From contig NC_057720.1 in the NCBI RefSeq assembly GCF_004010195.1, positions 13,049,722-13,113,721 on the forward strand: a DNA stretch of 64,000 nucleotides, read 5' to 3'. A program made the position numbers and the translations under genes. Below are positions 62,221 to 64,000 of this stretch, in pieces. How positions within the stretch are numbered: the first letter of the stretch is position 1; every line of letters begins with the position of its first letter. This DNA comes from Chiloscyllium plagiosum (taxonomy: Eukaryota). The notes beneath the pieces were generated by a model. It saw only the letters and a program-made list of their open reading frames with translations, was not told the origin of the DNA and ran no database searches.

Positions 62221-62344
62221 ATGGGGCTACTAAGAATTATCATGCCGCCCAAATTGCAGCTTCTCGGGGTTGTGGCGTTTGTGATCGCGATGTTGTTCCT
62301 GGAGAACCAGATCCAGAAGCTGGAGGAATCTCGGGGAAAACTGG
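62221..62344 (+). CDS. HS2ST1: Heparan sulfate 2-O-sulfotransferase 1, first coding exon (gene continues beyond window)
   Basis: Encodes MGLLRIIMPPKLQLLGVVAFVIAMLFLENQIQKLEESRGKL + G|gtaagt; recognisable HS2ST1 N-terminus with type II membrane anchor; head-to-head with SELENOF as in other vertebrates. Confidence 0.95.
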
Positions 62345-63319
62345 GTAAGTCAAGACATTGTTTGTGGCATTAACATCCAACACACACCTTCCATGCCTCC
62401 ACAAGGCTTTGTAGGTATTCAGATTGCAACTTAGGGGACGTTACCTTTTGTATTGTTTTGTCTGATGGCTCTTTAAAAGAAGACTCGCTGCCTAATCCTA
62501 GAGTTTGAATGGTGCATTATGGCTTAAACAAGTCTCGCCCCTGTTCTGTGATATGCTCATTTCTGCGTGGTTTGCAAGAATAGCAGCTGGCAAAGACTAT
62601 GATAGGCCTGTGCTGAATGGCTGGGGCCATTGTTTCCACTTGCAGATTTTCAGAAGGCTGCTTGTTATATTTTCTTCTGATGGTCACAATGCATGTGCAG
62701 TTTAAATGGGGGTGGAAAGGGGTCAAGGCAAGGGCTGGTCACAATTGCAGTGCTTCGAATTACGGTGCATGTCTCACATGTATGTTATCATCTTGTAATT
62801 CTTTAAGAGCTTCCACCTCGCCCCCCCCCCCCTCCCCCCAAAAAAAAGGTGGGAATTCAATTGAATTAGCCTACTGTACTGTTGGGAATTAGAATTGTGC
62901 CCTTGTTTATCCAGTATGTGCATTTTTTTTAAAATAAAAAGTGCTTGTGTAAATTATAAATAACCATAATTCCAATTTGCAAGTTATTTGAGATGCCAAT
63001 TGCTCAGTTAGTGTCGATAAAGAATGTTAGCCCAACCATGGGAAAAACTGGAAGATCAAAATTATGAATTAGTACTTGAATTGAGGAAAGCAGGCAGACA
63101 AAGTAGTGTCTACTTAAAGGAGCAATTGAGGTTGTAAACATTTTTTTCTATGTAAATAAAGATTTTTTTATTTGTTGCTGTTTTATGTGCAGCATTTAAA
63201 ATACTGAGCAGTTAGAGGCAGTGTTGTCATGTCACATTTGAAAACGTTGCTGTCATTTACTGTTTAAGAATTGTTTTAGCTTCTGGATTGAGTGTAAGAC
63301 CTGTTCATGAGTCAGAGCA

Positions 63320-63995
63320 AATAGAGTCAGAGATGTACAGCATGGAAACAGACTCTTCGGTTCAACTCGTCCATGCCGACCAGATATCCCACCCCAATCT
63401 AGTCTCACCTGTCAGCACCCGGCCCATATCCCTCCAAACCCTTCCTATTCATATACTCATCCAAATGTCTTTTAAATGTTGCAATTGTACCAGCCTCTGT
63501 CACTTTCTCATTCCTGATGAAGGGCTTTTGCCCGAAAATTCAATTTTTCCTGCTCCTTGATTGCAGTCTGACCTGCTGTGCTTTTCCAGCACCACCCTAA
63601 TCTTGACACTCACTTCCTCTGGCAGCCCATTCCACACCATCCTCTGCGTGAAAAAGTTCTACCTTCGGTCTCTTATATCTTTGCCCTCTAGTTCTGGACT
63701 CCCCCACCCCAGAGAAAAGACTTTGTCTATTTATCCTATTCATGCCCCTCATGGTTTTATAAACCTCTATAAGGTCACCCCTCAGCCTCCGACCCTCCAA
63801 GGAAGACAGCCCTCGCCTACTCAACATTTCCCAATAGCTCAAATCCTCCAACCCTGGCAACAACCTTGTAAATCTTTTCTGAACCCTTTCAAGTCTCACA
63901 ACATCCTTCCGATAGGAAGGAGACCAGAACTGCACGTAATATTGCACAGTGGCGTAACCAATGTCCTGTACAGCCACAACACGACCTCCCAATTC
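63320..63995 (-). mobile_element. CR1 LINE 3' end with nested Penelope-like terminal fragment (about 63505-63610, plus)
   Basis: YYVQFWSPSYRKDVVRLERVQKRFTRLLPGLE..RRLRGDLIEVYK; nested attc-CTGATGA-AGGGC-TTTT-GCCC-GAAA at 63510-63537. Confidence 0.85.
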
Positions 63996-64000
63996 CTCTG

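Overview
Repeat-dense vertebrate genomic DNA, most likely a cartilaginous fish (inferred from HE1-like tRNA SINEs, CR1 LINEs and Penelope-like elements). There are two assembly gaps. The window holds a complete five-exon selenoprotein F gene (SELENOF/Sep15) on the minus strand (CDS 61103 to 19486, 153 aa). It has an in-frame UGA selenocysteine codon at 33368-33370, a GUGA-type SECIS element at 19054-19130 and a poly(A) signal. Head-to-head with it, about 1.1 kb away, is the first coding exon of HS2ST1 (62221-62344, plus strand). The shared promoter carries a repeated TGATTGA-N12-CCAAT composite element. The rest is mostly decayed CR1, L2-like, Rex1/Babar and Tx1/L1 LINEs, SINEs, and two Penelope-like families. 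The Penelope-like termini carry about a dozen minimal type I hammerhead ribozyme motifs, often in short fold-back insertions with 10-17 bp target-site duplications. Exon, SECIS, hammerhead and duplication coordinates were counted by hand; LINE boundaries are approximate.
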